The position numbers and the translations under genes were made by a program. 64,000 nt of DNA from Ascidiella aspersa. Lineage: Eukaryota. Positions 39,801 through 54,800 of this stretch are shown in pieces. The notes beneath the pieces are model-generated. The model had not been told where the DNA came from. It searched no databases and was given only the letters and a program-made list of their open reading frames with translations. Location: positions 16,492,001 through 16,556,000 of the forward strand of contig OZ004608.1 in NCBI GenBank assembly GCA_963924565.1, given 5' to 3'. Each line of letters starts with the position of its first letter. The first letter of the stretch is position 1.

Positions 39801-42800
39801 ATTCAGCTTTCTTGAACAAGGCGAGAGATTATGACCTGGCATGCGATACGAAATGTGCCTAAAATAAAAAAATAAAAACTTTCTATATCGTTATATATAA
39901 ATTCAATGCTAGCTAAATAATTGATGATAATTTGCCTGTCATCCCAGTTGGCTGACTAAAATCTTTTGTCAACAAACGAGTTTCAAATTGTGCAATTGAA
40001 ACGTAATGCCTGCTTCCCTATGATCTTATTGATAATTGCTTTTAGACACTTTCAACACCTGTATAGATATATATTGAACCCATAGGCGCCGAATTTTCAA
40101 AATTCCAGGGCGTTTTTTTTAAATTAGTACAAAACGATAATCAGTAATCACCAACAAAACGTAACAATATTTGGGAAAGCGATTTATCGCTTTAGTATAT
40201 TGTCATTAAAAAAATGCGTTGTGTCTCTCGTAATTTCGTAGTAACAAAATGCAAATGCGCGCTCTAAAATGACAACGACAACATGAAGTGGAGATTTACT
40301 CTCGTTACAAATAAATGACCCATCTGTTAATGAACAATATAATACTTTCGCGATATACGATTAATATAATTATTCGCAATAATCAATTTTAACGGCGTTT
40401 TGGTTATACTTGCAGACAAAGTCAAAGAGGGGGCGTCTAAAAACGCTCTACACACCCACATTCGGCGCCTATGATTGCACCTGTTTAGATATATTATGCT
40501 CGACCAATTCTATTGACTAGCGAAAGCAAGTTACCGGGCGCCTGCCTACTGCTTTCACAAACAATGCCTCATCCCGCTATTTTTACGTTACATAATAATA
40601 ACTCTTGAAATGTCCCTAGATTTGCTTTCGCTGTGCCCGCCTGGTGTAACAGCGGCCGAGTTCGACGCTAACCAATGACTTATGCTATTTTGTTTTAGAG
40701 CAATAACGTGTACAATGACAGCATCTGGGAAGAGGTTAATAAAAACTTGCACTTACTCACTCTCCTTTCCTCTGTTTTGCTCTAATCTATTTATTTTCGT
40801 ATGTCTCTTATGTTGTCGTCCGGGGAACGTCATGATCTTAGCACTCTCTTTCTGCCCCTTGCTAGCGCGTACGCGGCTGTTCATTGTTGGTGTGTTATCT
40901 TTGCCCTCCTTGCTACGAAGCTGGTCTTAATACGGATGCGCGGGGACGTGGCTATAAACTGGCCTTTAAAATTATTTGATGCATTTTTTTAGTATTATAC
41001 GTTTTTGATAACTTAAGTCTTTATGTTTGGACATTTCCTGGATATTAGTAAAATTGGTAAACGTTAAGATTTGAACTATTAAACAGATTTAGCGATAACA
41101 TTTTCCCTTTTTAATGCAGTGGCATATTAAAATAAAAAAAAATGACTCTCTTAAGCAACTTTAGGCCAATTGTCCTCCATGTCACGTCCCTGCTTTATCC
41201 CGACGACGATTTGCCAAGTTCATGCATGCGACTGGACTGCTGAAATCGCGGTCCTAACTCATGGTGATGCCGTCAGCAACGGTTGTTCGATAATCGCAAT
41301 TGATTCCGTAGTTATGTATGGCTGGCTGGCCGATGCATGGATTACACATGATTGCTTCCAGCTGTGGCCCTTTTGACTGCTGCTATTGGTTTGGTGAAAT
41401 GTGACACCATTTAAACTTAAAGGCATGCTAGCGGTGATGCGCGAACCTAATAATACACTGTATGTAGTTACCAGATTTGAGACAAAATACTGGATTTTTT
41501 GTTGTCCTATGAGTTTGTGTTATTGAGTAGCACCGACCACATGCCTAGCGATTTTTTTAGTTACTTTTTAAATTAATAAGGTCATTTCTCATGAAGTCGA
41601 TGTTCGTTGATTGTTCACGATATTCTTTAGACCTATTGGTCTTTCCTGTGTTATCATGGAAAGTTTTGTTACGCTTCATTTCACAACTAACAGCAAGCTA
41701 GCATATATTCGTCATGTTATGTTTAGGAATGTCCATGTTAGGATTTAGTTGTCCGTTGTGCGCTTTAAAAACCTGGTTCGTTGAAATAGACAAAACTCGG
41801 TTATTTTTTTGCAAGACGATAGGCGCAACTTATGCATGTTACCCGAAAATAGACTTATGGCACAAGTTGACGTTTAAATGTAGCAACGGTGATCCACGTG
41901 AAAACATAGCGTTCTCTACATAAAGTTAAGTGTCGGTGCAACTTTCGTGTTTGCTTTTGTTTAACTTGCAACCTGTGGATTCCAGGAAGCTGAGACGCAA
42001 GTGCGTGGAACCAGCGTGGAAGACCGCAGACGGGTAGGTGTAGGTTTAACTTGCGTGGTAGCCAAAGAAAGTTCTATAACATTCTATTGCTTGCCAATGC
42101 ACTGATTTAAACTGTTTTCACTGTCATGTTTGTTCTAAATTTTAAATTTTGAAATGGTTGCATCTTTAAAAAAATAAATTTGTACAAGCTGGTAACTAAC
42201 ACACCATTAGATGCAAAAAACAAGCCAATGCTAAACCTAGCTGCCTAGAGCCCAGATTCTGTAAAAAGCGCCCGTATTACTTTAGGGCGAGGCTCTGCGT
42301 CAAATCTTACTCTCGAGGTACTACGGTGCTAACTATCAACACTTGAGAGATATGGCGCAACGCGAGAGTTCATCCTCTGCCACAACGAACAGCACAAGGT
42401 TTGTAACGTATGTATATTGATCAGAACCCAGGAACGCATCGTTGTGAGAGCAAGTCCTGTTTTTATAGTTCAGCAGAAAACATAATTTAAAACACACCTT
42501 TCTAGTTTTATAATCAATATTAAAATGTTCATGTAAGATAAATAGGACTTTCCGATATTTTTTCTTGTATAATGTTACCATTACCCGATATTTTGCTAAA
42601 AAGAACCACCCTCGGTTTATTGTTATCAAATGACATGATTACTATAGTCGAAAAGGCAAAACTGTTAAATTTGGAACATGAAAGGATTGTTTAAGTTAGT
42701 TGTTAGACCATATTTTACCGTTTGCTGGCAAACCGTAACTACAGGTTCTATCAATATGTCATGGTATTGTTACCTTTCGCTCTAGTATCGGACCAGTGTA

Positions 42801-45800
42801 TATAGCGTCACTTGGTATATGTAGTTACAATATCACCTGCAATCTCGTTGCGGTTCCGATCAGATTATATATGACACCACGAACTACATGTAAACAATTG
42901 GTCAAAGATCACATTATTTAGCAACTAAAAGCTGCCGTGGCTAGATACGCGTCTTTTTTAATAAACACACGATGCATTTTTCAGTCACGGGGTAAAAAAT
43001 TGCCCCTTTCCAAGTCGCAACATTTTTTTCCTTTTCTTTAGAAGTTATCATCATAGCTATAAGAAAGATTAGCAGTTAACCAAAAGGTCGAAATACATGG
43101 GCAGTGTGCTACAACTTTTTTGTGCTCCTTGCAGCATCTTCCGGAGGACTGAGCTTTCGCTGGAGGAAGTCCAATGCCATCTGAAGACCGAGGGTGCCGC
43201 GGATCTCGTGATTAACCTCATCATCGGCAACTACAGCGAGAAGATCTTTCACGAGAGCGTCCTCCTTGGCATCGCGCTGCTGGAGGGCGGAAACCATGAC
43301 AACCAGGTAACCGGCGACATTTTTCGAGATGAACACGCACACACACACACACACACACGCATAAAGCTGCGATTGAAAAGTTGAAACGTTAAAAGTACAA
43401 CGAACACATACTATGAATGTTTTTTTATTACAATAAAAAAATTGCCAGCTAAACTTGATTTGCCAAGTAAACAAGCGTCAAGTGTGTTACAAAAATAAAT
43501 TATGCCTAAAAGACGCTCTTCATGATCAAACGTCTAGAAAATAAAATGTTGTTCACGAATAAAACTCGAAGTTAAAATTATTCTATTCTATTTTGACATT
43601 TCATTTATTTCGAAATCAGCGGATTAACACCCATACATTAGGCTGAAACCTGGGAAACTTCTTTGTATTTAGAAAAGGTAGAATGATTTTTTTTTTAATT
43701 TAACAAGTTGGTAGTATTTTTTTATCATGTTTTTTTTACTTTCAGACAGATTGTAAAATATAATATCTGCTTTTCAGATGGCTTTCTTCAACCAACTAAT
43801 TGGCGAAAAAGGATCCGAGGATTTCTTCCAAGTTTTTCACGAAAAGATGGAATGCGCTCAAGTAGAACTGAAAAACTCCTCCACTGTCAACGCAGGTTCC
43901 TCGTTTTCTTCCTTTATTGTTTGACACCATTGGGGACAATTTTGAAACGATTATAACAATGTCCGATCTAATATCGCGTCTTCTTCCAGTCAGATTTATT
44001 TTCCGAAACGGCAACTTAATAACGTTGTGGTTAGGACTATTCGATACTTAGTATTTTAATGTGGGAACTAAACCTGGTATTTAGGTTAAACTATTTGATT
44101 TGATCTGATACAAATTCTACTTTATGTTTATTACTTATTCCAAATTAGAAAAGTAGTTGGAATTAGGTCAGGTGAAGTTTATTTAAAACTTTTATAGTGG
44201 TATAATTACATTTAACTGCTAGTAATTAATTGCATGAGGTAGTAAACAACTCAACGTATGAATCTATGATTGATATCTTCCCAGGCCAAGGTCTTTGTGA
44301 TGGACCGCGTATAGCTATAAAATGTAACTTGAGTAAAATTTTGGTCGGCGCAGTTTCCAACCTCATGCCAGATTAGTTAAAATGATAGCATCTGTTGATT
44401 TTTCCAGGAGAGCTACTAACTCGCGCCGTTGATCCAAGCTCCAGTATGAGCCAGGACGGCTTCGAAGGCGGAGTCGGCAGTCTACGAAAGGTATTATGAG
44501 TCTCATTTAATGTATATGCTGTTGGCACAGACTGAACCTAAAGAAACTCTTTGCATCTGTAAAAAATGTCACGTAATGTTGCCTTGTCCACGCGGCGCTG
44601 CTTTGCATTAGATCACCTTTTCAGATAGCCATAGTTTTATTCTGACAGCCTTATGTTTTGATTTTAAACTTTTTACTTAATCTATAGTGATTTCATATGT
44701 TTTTGACTTTTTTATGATTTTTATTATTCGTTTGCTATGTATATGTATTTTACTTTACTTATAGGAACTGACGATGCCAGTATAGGCGAAATATATATTC
44801 CTTTAAAAATGTCTGATCCTGGTTAACTTTGAATTTTATTGTTTATTGTTTCCTCTCATATGCTTCAGTTGTCAAGTCAGCTTACCGAGGAGCTTTCGGA
44901 CGCAGCCAGCCAGACACGCAAGGCGATACAGAACGTACAGAAGCCACACGTTGCTGCCAAATCCGCCACCGAAGCGCAGGGTACCAACACTGCCGGTAAC
45001 AAAGGCGCAAAATTCAACTTTTAATGGTATAAAAAAGAAGTTTTCAGTTTCTTAATGCCATTTTTGTCGTGACTAGGTGGCGAGGGCGATCGCAGAGACG
45101 ACGAAAAGGCGATCAGTCCGGTGATCAGCATCATGAAGCCGATTCTACGACTGCTGCAACTGCTCTGCGAGAACCACAACGCTCAGCTGCAGGTCGGTTT
45201 TATTTTTTTCCATATTTTCGTCATACCACACAAAGAAGACTGTAAAGCTTATGCTCTACGTTGTGTCTAGTTAGTCTCGGGCCCATGAAAGCCTAATGTC
45301 CTTTAATCATGGAATAAATGCACTTGCTTTATACAAATTTAACAAATCAGTCTTTAATTTCAATTCACTTAGTCCGTCAAGGTATATTTTGTATTAAATG
45401 TCACTACATTCGTCGAGATAATTTCTCGGTTTTCGTTTTATGAATGCGTTCCTATTACTTGACAAAAATACGCTGGGCATAACCTGGCTAAATATTGGAC
45501 TAAAATTAACCTTGAGTAAACCTGCAAGTGTGCTTTATTCGTTATACGATAGAATGTTTGTTTTTCAACTTAACGCCCTTTAGGGAAATTGCAAAATCTA
45601 TGCACCTGACATATCACATTAGTTACTTGCCTAAAAGTATTTGACAGACACTTGATGAATTTGGCCGCCCATCCAAGAAGAAGCTGACCCCTCGTACATA
45701 TAAAGCAACACAATAATTGCCACAGTGACAGGTTTATCCAATCTTGTCAAAATAGGATAACAAAATGATCCAATATTCTACTTTAAACATCTTCACTGAT

Positions 45801-48800
45801 GAGACAAAGAATCTGTCAGAAAAAAGTTCAAAACGTAAAAGAAAGGTTGCAGTTATAATAAAAAACACAAATGTAGATAAATTGAAAAAAGTAACAGTTT
45901 GGTTTTACAATCTAGCTAAAGAGTTGCCCGTGGTTCCCCAATGACCGCTCCGTGGCCCCCAGGGGGGGCGAGGGCCACGGTTAAGAAACCCTGGCCTAAT
46001 TGAATTTTTAGTAACGTAAATTTTGTATTACACCAAATGGAATTTTATACTTGATTTTTGCTTACCACAGAAATTCCTGCGCTGTCAGCCGAACAAGAAC
46101 AGCTACAACCTGGTGTGCGACACCCTCATGTTCCTCGACTGCATTTGCGGCAGCACCACCGGCGGACTCGGGCTGCTCGGCCTGTACATCAACGAGCATA
46201 ACGTCGAGCTCGTCAATCAGACCCTGGAGAGCTTGACCGAATATTGTCAGGGGCCGTGCCATGAGAATCAGGTGTTTAGCCAAATCATAGCTAGTCTATT
46301 TTTTACATCGAATTGTGCATTATTTGCCGTTTTTTAATTGTTTCGTGTTAAAAGGGTTTTATAACATTTTTGGTTATTTGTTTAATTGACGGAAAACGTT
46401 AAAAAGACTAGGGTACTGTTTTCTGCTTTGATTATTTCGCATAGTAAAAAAAAGTAAAAAAAAAATCTGTCACGACAAAACTTAAAAGAACGGTTTTTGC
46501 CGAGGTTTACACGTGTTTTATTTTTTCGTCTATTGTATAAGTTACTTTGTTATTTAATTTGGAAGTTTTGTTCTTTCGCAGAACGCGATCGCCAGTCACG
46601 AGTCGAACGGCATAGACATTATAATCGCGTTGATTTTGAACGACGTTAACCCGCTGGGAAGGCAGAGGATGGACCTCGTAATGCAACTCAAGGTGGGACA
46701 TTTTTTTAAACTTCTATAGTAAATGACTCCCAAATAGAATGCTGAAAAAAACTTGCTATTAAGTTCTGACGATAAGGTTTTAACCGACTGTAGATATTTT
46801 TTCTATTTAAAAGTTGTATAGATAAGTTGAATGTTTTTACAAACTGCGCCTCTTAATGAACCGAACAACTTTTTATTTGTTGGGTAGCGAGGTGTTTTAA
46901 GTTTTTGTTGGTTATCTATTGCTATGTTTTAACTCACAGAACAACGCGAGCAAGTTGCTACTCGCCATCATGGAGAGCCGACACGATTCGGAGAACGCTG
47001 AACGAATTTTACGCAACATCAACCCAACGCAGCTGGTGTCGGTCATCGAGCAAGCCTACACTAAGGTGTGTGTGGCCCGCTTTACTGCAGTAAAATCGAA
47101 AAGATTCATTTTTCTTGTTCGGTTTGGCTATTATATTCGTTCGTGGGAGGGTCTTTGGGTGTTTTTTCTGCGTCAACTATGTCTGACATGTTTTCTCTAG
47201 AGCAGGGGCAGTTGGGTCCGTAGACCCCCTGAAAGTACGTGGACTAGTTTTGGGGGTTCATTAAGGCCTCCTAGAAACCTTATTGTATAGTGTTTTCCCC
47301 CCATAAAATGGGATTAATTAGAAAACACTTTTTGCCCGATCTTTGAATGTATTTAAACCAGACTTAGTTGTACGTTTGCGTATGAATTTGACCATAAACC
47401 CAATTCTAGAGACTGCCATCTTTATATGAAAAAATACACATGAACTGGTAGTCAACAGAATGATTACTTTCATTGGAATTAAAATATACTATCGATGCCT
47501 TTGTTGGCGAAGTATATATCTTTACGATCTTTTAATAGTGTCTGACCTGAATTGCTAGATTTGCTAGAGTATTCTGCTATTGCTGATCAGTAGGGCGATT
47601 ATTTTTTGACCACAAAATTGGAATTTTTGACAAATTTAGCCGAAAAATAATTAATTGTGACAAAATTTTGACCTATTGAAAATACATTGATTTAAATAAC
47701 CTATGTTGTTTAACGTACTGCATTAGTGTTTTGGCGTCGTCAATCACACGTTTTTGATGTTTTACTGATTACCGGTCGAAGACAAATCAGTTATTTTTCG
47801 GGTTAATGCGAAACTCATGAAAATACTCAATTGATATTTTTGTCATTTTAAAAAGACAAACAACTATAAAAATGCCAAATTAGAAAAATGTACGCACAGT
47901 TTTTGAAATAGGAAATAGGCAATTGCAAATCACAAGCGAAAAAAAGACAGCAAATACTGTTCAATACATTTGTCCAAATCAGAGAGGCCTCGGTGGTTAA
48001 TTCTTCTCGCATATACCATATTTTGCTCTAATGAAGATATAGTACAATTAAAATGTCGTTAACTATAAATCGAAACTACATTTTTTTGATAAAATTGAAC
48101 GACAAATTTCACAAAAACTATGAACGACCATTACAAAAAGCTGACTTATAATTTTTTTTTTCAGTTTATAAAGAATTTATGTACATTTTTATTCGATTCT
48201 GACTTTTTTTAATTTTGACAAACTTTGGCCTAACTTGTAAATTTTAACAAAATTTTTTTTTTTTTTTTTTTTTTTTTATAAGTCAAAAAATAATCGCCCT
48301 ACTGATCAGGAATTAGATCGACATTTATCTTGCCAAAGGGCCAAGGTGATTTCCATTATCACATATTCAGCGCTACATATAACGTGGTGGTATGCGGATT
48401 AACAAAAACACTAACTCATCTGGATAATAAATTGCAAAGCCAAAAAGGTCGAGCAAATCGACAGCATCTTGATTAAGACGTTTCGATACGAGCTTGTATC
48501 ATTTTCAGTTAATGTGACTGAGAAGCAATTCAAGCATCACTTATAAGAGAAGGGACGCAATTGTTATCAGCTAAATTACAGCTCCGTGCATAGTGTACCC
48601 AACTAACTCATCTAATTGCTAAAAATAAAACGATTTTTCGTGAAAAGGGTCAACGAATGGCAGAAGAGGAAGGCCTGGCTGATGGCGAGGGTTTGTCCGG
48701 CCTTGACTCGGACGGCGATGACCCGTCCCAACTGGACATGACCGGGGACGGGTCACCCCGCGCCGTTGGCCACAATATCTATATCCTAGCCCACCAGCTG

Positions 48801-51800
48801 GCCAAGCACAACAAGGCACTGGCCCAGGCTCTACGACCTGACAATTCACTGTCCGGGACCGAGGCCCTCGAGTATTACAAGAAGCACACAGCACAGATCG
48901 AGGTAAGTTATTACGAGGTTCGATAACGTCATCTGTCGCTATTTCCGTTGTAAGCTGAAAAAATTAGCTGGTTCAGCCACGCAGCGTCCTGTTATTTGTT
49001 TGTAGCTTTGTTGGTAATAGTTTTGCACGGGTCAGGGTTTTAGCCGACCAAGACTAAAATCCCCAAACGCCGAATAATTTAAACCTCGATTTATTGAAAG
49101 TCGTCTATCGCTAAAATTCCCAAGTTTTAGTTGTGTCACGTATAGGACATCCACGTCACTCAAAGTAAAAGTTTGTTTTTAAACTATAATGAATGACACA
49201 GTTCCAAACTGAGTTGCGCATAGCTCCAAATGCTTGCACAAGACCACTTTATTTAAACAAATTACTAAAATTATAAATAGGTTGGCGTCAGCTATTTTAT
49301 CCTCCTTTAAACTATTTTGCCGTTTACCAGGTCTAGCAACCACAAAATATCTTCTGGTATCCAACTATTATTGCTATGCGCTCGCCACCTTGCCGAGCCT
49401 GTAGCACTAATACAGCTTTACCCACGCAATAAGTGTAAACCTCTTTGCGCAACAGCAATCCCCTATTTTAACATAAGTGGTCCGCCTTGAAAACTAATGG
49501 ACCCGATCTGATACTGAAGCTTTTTTCAGTGTACAGGAATTTATAAATGACACAAAGTGTTGTGTTTTTTAATCACGTTTGCGCCTTGCTTCTTTACAGA
49601 GTACAAATAAGCACAGTTTGCTTGTTGTAACTTAGGTTGTATTTAGTCGAAATCAGTAAAATGGAATAGTAACGTAGTAAGTGAACAGCCTTTTATAGGC
49701 TCACGAAGTAATTGCAAACGCACCAATTACATTCCTGCAGGTGGTACAAATCAAGCGCGTACACACAAACAACGCGTAGCAATTAAAATAACACAAGAAT
49801 GCCTCGAGCCGCGTGCTCGGGAATAGCGCGGTTGCGTTCCACAACACAAATACCAAGTAATAGAATGCTTACACAATTAAATAGGTCATAAAGCACTTAT
49901 ATCAAAATGCACTTTAGCAAACTCACTGTTAATCTTTACACGCCTCTCGCAGATCGTCCGCTCGGATCGCACGATGGAGCAGATCGTGTTCCCGGTGCCT
50001 CACGTGTGCAGCTACTTGACCCGCGAGACCAGGGACCGCGTGTGGAACACGACCGACCGCGACGACCAGGGCAGCAAGGTCGGCAACTTCTTCGGCCAGG
50101 TCGAGGACATGTACCGCGAGATGGTCTGGCAAAAGAAGCTCAGAGGTGTGTAGACTGTAGGCCTTTTACGACTTTCTTTGGAAGGGTATTTAAGTGTGCT
50201 GTGTTGGCTAAACTAAATTAATTGAAAGTATTTTCTTGCCAGTTTTTGTTGTTTAGGTAGGTTAAACGTATCGAAGTCATTGGTCTCACGCTTTGCTCTT
50301 GTACAAACCGCTAAAATTTCGCCGATATTGTTTTTTCTCCTGCATTTTTTTTGTGAATTTTCCTTGTTTGTAAGTTATCCTAAAGATATTTATTAAATTT
50401 TGAGTAAAAAAACAATCAGTATGATTATCGCTGATTATTATCATCGTCCGTGTTGTGCCGTTGGTATACGATACATTTTTGTTGTTAGTCAATCATATTA
50501 TGTCTCCGGATCGAACAAATTTAACAATTTTAATAATTCAAAAGTTTTTTTATGACAATGACTAGACGCGGACTTTGGCGGTAAATGAATTTTGCTATTT
50601 TGAACAAATGACTGGGTTTGGACTGAAGTCATTTCAAGAGTATTAGACAATGGTTAATAACCACCAGTCCCCGATAAATTTTTGCCGGTCTGGTAAAAAG
50701 TTATGTTTAATTGTGCAGTTGAAAATGATTTTTTTTAAACAAGGTACACCTTTCAAATTCATTTTATTGGTTTTCGCCAGCCTTATGTTGAACGCTGCTT
50801 TTTGTTGAGCAGAGTTCAAGAGCTTGTACTGGTTCAGTCGCCACATTTCCGTGTGGAGTTGCATCTCGACCAACTTCGTCATCATTATCAACCTCTTGGT
50901 GGCGCTCTTCTACCCGTTTAGGGTGGTCGATTACAAAGGTGACGTTTTCACTCAACTTATTTAGTTGATTTCAATCAAGCGATTCGAAGCCTCACTGTTG
51001 AAACTCAATTAAAAAACTCTATAATTGACTCTTATTGCTTCCATTATTGCATTTGTTTGCGGAAAATTATTTAAAAGCAGGGTATAAATTATAAACAAAA
51101 CAGTTATGAGTTGCAAATGTTACGTATCATTTTAGCTAAAGTTTTAAAATATAATATGTCCTGATATACATAGCGCTTAAGTTAAAGACACCACCCGTTT
51201 ATATTCTGTCAGGTCGGACAGTTTTCCCTATCTCGTTTACTTAATAACCAATTAACCATGTTTCATTGTTGCAACAGTATGGAGCGACAAGGTGCATCTC
51301 CTTTTGTGGCCCATCATGCTCGTTTCTCTGGCCGCCATCACCAACCCGTTCGCCGTTCGGTGCCTGGCGCTGTGCGTCATGATCAAGACCATATTCTGGA
51401 TAGGCGTGCAAAATGCTCTACTAATACTCGGCGTCATAAATGTAAGTTAACGCTTTTCGTTTTGTTTTATTAACGCGATAAACCTTTGCCGATGTATATT
51501 CGGAACGCGATTTTTCTGTCTGGAGTGGGTCATAAATTACTTCACTGTTACTTAGTATATACACTGTCATTCGATTAAACACCAAAATTAAACACCTGAA
51601 AGGGGCGAAATGTCAGCACGTTTAAAATTAAACATGTTTAAATTTCAGGTGTTTAGATGTTTTGCCGTTTATTCGGTCAGGTGTTTAGGGCTAGTATTCA
51701 GTGTTTCCAAATCAATTCCACAAAAATTTCATTGGGTAAACCATTTTATTGCGCGAAAAAGGTGAAAAACAACACAAAAAGCTAAACACAGTGAAAGTTT

Positions 51801-54800
51801 CAAAAAATGTAAAACTTGGAAAAGAAAACTATACACTAAAAATTGAAGTGCTTATATTAAAAAGGAAAAGAAGTAGGATAACGGAAAACTTACATAATAC
51901 ACAAAATAACATGTTGGAAATGGATACAATGAAAGTGTTAATGCAAACAAAAATATATATGCAACAAAAAATAAAAAAGTAAATAAAAACAACAAAAAAG
52001 ATATATATTTTTTAATATTTATAATTTCTATACTTGGCAAATTTTCACGGTGGGGTCTTTAGTGGGTTGTTTAAAATCATATTGAGTTATAGTATAAATA
52101 TCGCTTGTTAAATACAATGAAGGTGTTTATGCAAACAAAATTGCGTATGTGATAAAAGTAAAAAACAGATAAAGAACATATTTTACAAAGTTGAACCCTT
52201 TTTTATAAAATTTATAATTGCTATGCTTGGCAAATTTTCAAGGTGGGGCCTTAAGTAGGTGGTTTAAAAACATATAAACACAGAGCAACTTAAAGTTAAT
52301 TGATAACTTAAATCCTGTGCATATTAACGAGCTTGAATATCAATGAAATATAACTTAACAATTTGTTCAAAAGTGTTGTTCTTCCGCTAAGTCTAATTTA
52401 ACAGCCATTCCATCCACTAATATACAAATGCAGAAATGCTGCTGTGATGTACAAAGGTTTGCCCAATAAAGGCCTTGAAGAGCTTTTCTTGACGAGTTGA
52501 GCATGGCTGCCTAGAAAATAAAATTTAGATCAACATAATATACTGCAATAATTAAATTATACACTGTCACTGAACAACTTTTTTTTTATTTGCCTAACAT
52601 AGTAAAATTTTCAAGTTACCATCCAGAACCACTACATGTAATGTCATAAAAACATGTTTTAGTCTGTCACTAATCACCACAAAACATATTATTAAGACAT
52701 GTACTAATTTGTAGCATTAGGAAATGTATAATAATTATTTATGTTACACTGTAACTCAAGGGCGGGCAACTTCTCTGGTTTGCGGGTCAGATATGGAAAA
52801 ATGAAGTACTTGGCGGGCCGGATTATGTACTGCTAAATCTTGCATGTTTTGTTGCATAATGGCGGCTAATGTTGTACTCTTTAAACACGGCCACACTTTC
52901 CTTGTACATTAAACATACTGATTGCTTCCCGAAGAATAAACTAAGTGCAGAACTTAGTAAACCGAAAATCAGTTTGTTTGGATTTTGAAGTTATAAGATA
53001 ACAATATTTCGCTACTAAAATCATCATAAGTATAATGATTTTAGTTGCGAAATGTGGATCATTTAAGGCCGGAAACTGTCTACGGGCCGCGTAAAAATCC
53101 CATATGTTGCTCCCGCCCCTGCTGTAACTGAATGACAGTGCAATGATTGCGAAACAAGTTCATTTTTATTGTAATTGATATCTTCATAACCGACTAAAAT
53201 TTAAAAAAGGTTCACCCTACTTTGAAAACAAATTAAATCATTATTTCATACAAAAAGTTAATATGTGTGCCAGATTATTGTATTGGCCATTATGTGCTAT
53301 TAAAATTTGTGCTTAAACTAGTAATACACAATTTAACCCCCAAAAGTTGCCCATTACTGGGACATTCAGACCAGACACTATACATAACACATAAATTAAA
53401 TGTATTTTCCACAAATTTAAAAAAAATTGAGTTTGTTTACCTTGTGATCCATATTCTTTTGTTGATTTCCACTTGCACTTTGTCACATACTTTTATTTTC
53501 CCATCTTGCACTTTGCAGTTAAAATTGCTGGAAATAAATAACATTATGTAAACTATATAATTTATTAAAGGGCCAGTAGCATTCCAAAAGACTACAGATT
53601 AAATTTTACTGCTGGAACAATATGTAACATATTTTTTTACATATTCTATGATAAAAGGTTCTAAGCAAAAACTTATATATTAGCCAATTGCGAAAGGCAA
53701 TAGTTTTCCTCGCTGGCCGCTACATAGGAAATAAAAGCCAAATGCGAATAAATTATTTTCATGTAAAACATGTAAGTAAAATGTAATTACATTTTAACCT
53801 TAGTGATCGTCCGTGAAGTTGTTTTTGAAGTCGAAAAGGGCAATTTGTTTGCTGTCATTGATTTCCCTGAAACAAAGCAGTGTAATTAAATCTTTAATAA
53901 TAATAAATTGTTAAAAGCATACTTGATTGTTTAACAGAAAAATTAAATTTCTATTTAAAAGCATACAAACCTTAAATGTTTCAGCTAAGTTAATCCTTTA
54001 ATGTGTACAAAGTGTAAAGCCACGAATCATCATGAAATAGTATTTTACAACTTTCATTGCTTTTGGATATATGAATGAAATACCTTAAATTCCGAAACAA
54101 AAACCCCAATTCAGTCACTTCGTTTTCCAAGACAAGGCTTTTGTAACATACATTTTAGATTCTAAACCTGACAGTCTTGCACAGCTAATAAAACATTATT
54201 ACTACACATTTATCAAAAGTATATTAAAGTATATATGTCACCAGTATACACATTAGTATTTGCTTAACATAAATGTTAGTAACTCGAAAGCCAAATATAC
54301 GCAAAACTGGCTTTAAAAGTAATGTATAACTTGTAAAAGTTCTAAGCATTTTCTCTGTTTGAGGTTTCAATATCCCGCGTTCGTCACAGGCCAGTGCGTT
54401 GTTCAGCGGACCGAATCAATTTCAAATTAACTATGACTTTATTTATTGAATGAAATTTATATGTACACATAAAATTGTATTAAAACAAAACATAATTACT
54501 ATTTTTAGTTAAAATATATCGTAAATCAAACACTTAATAAAGAATACTTACTGTTCGTCATATGTCAAACCAGATCTTGAAAAATATATAAGCTTTATTG
54601 CGATACAGCTTTCCCTAGAATAAATCCGTGCCGTAGATTGTTTTCATCGCGCGTTTTTTTTATTGCTGGCGCAATTTAAGTAGGTCATGGCGGCACAAGA
54701 CCGCACAGCCTCGCTTTGTACTTTGGTACAAAGCTATAGGCAAGCTACATTAATGAAATCAAATATTGGATTAAATGACACGTTGAGCACACTAACCCGT

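Noticed and set aside
51749-51982. Lys-rich 77-aa ORF inside the CACTA-like element
   Set aside because: Low-complexity A-rich sequence with no transposase motif
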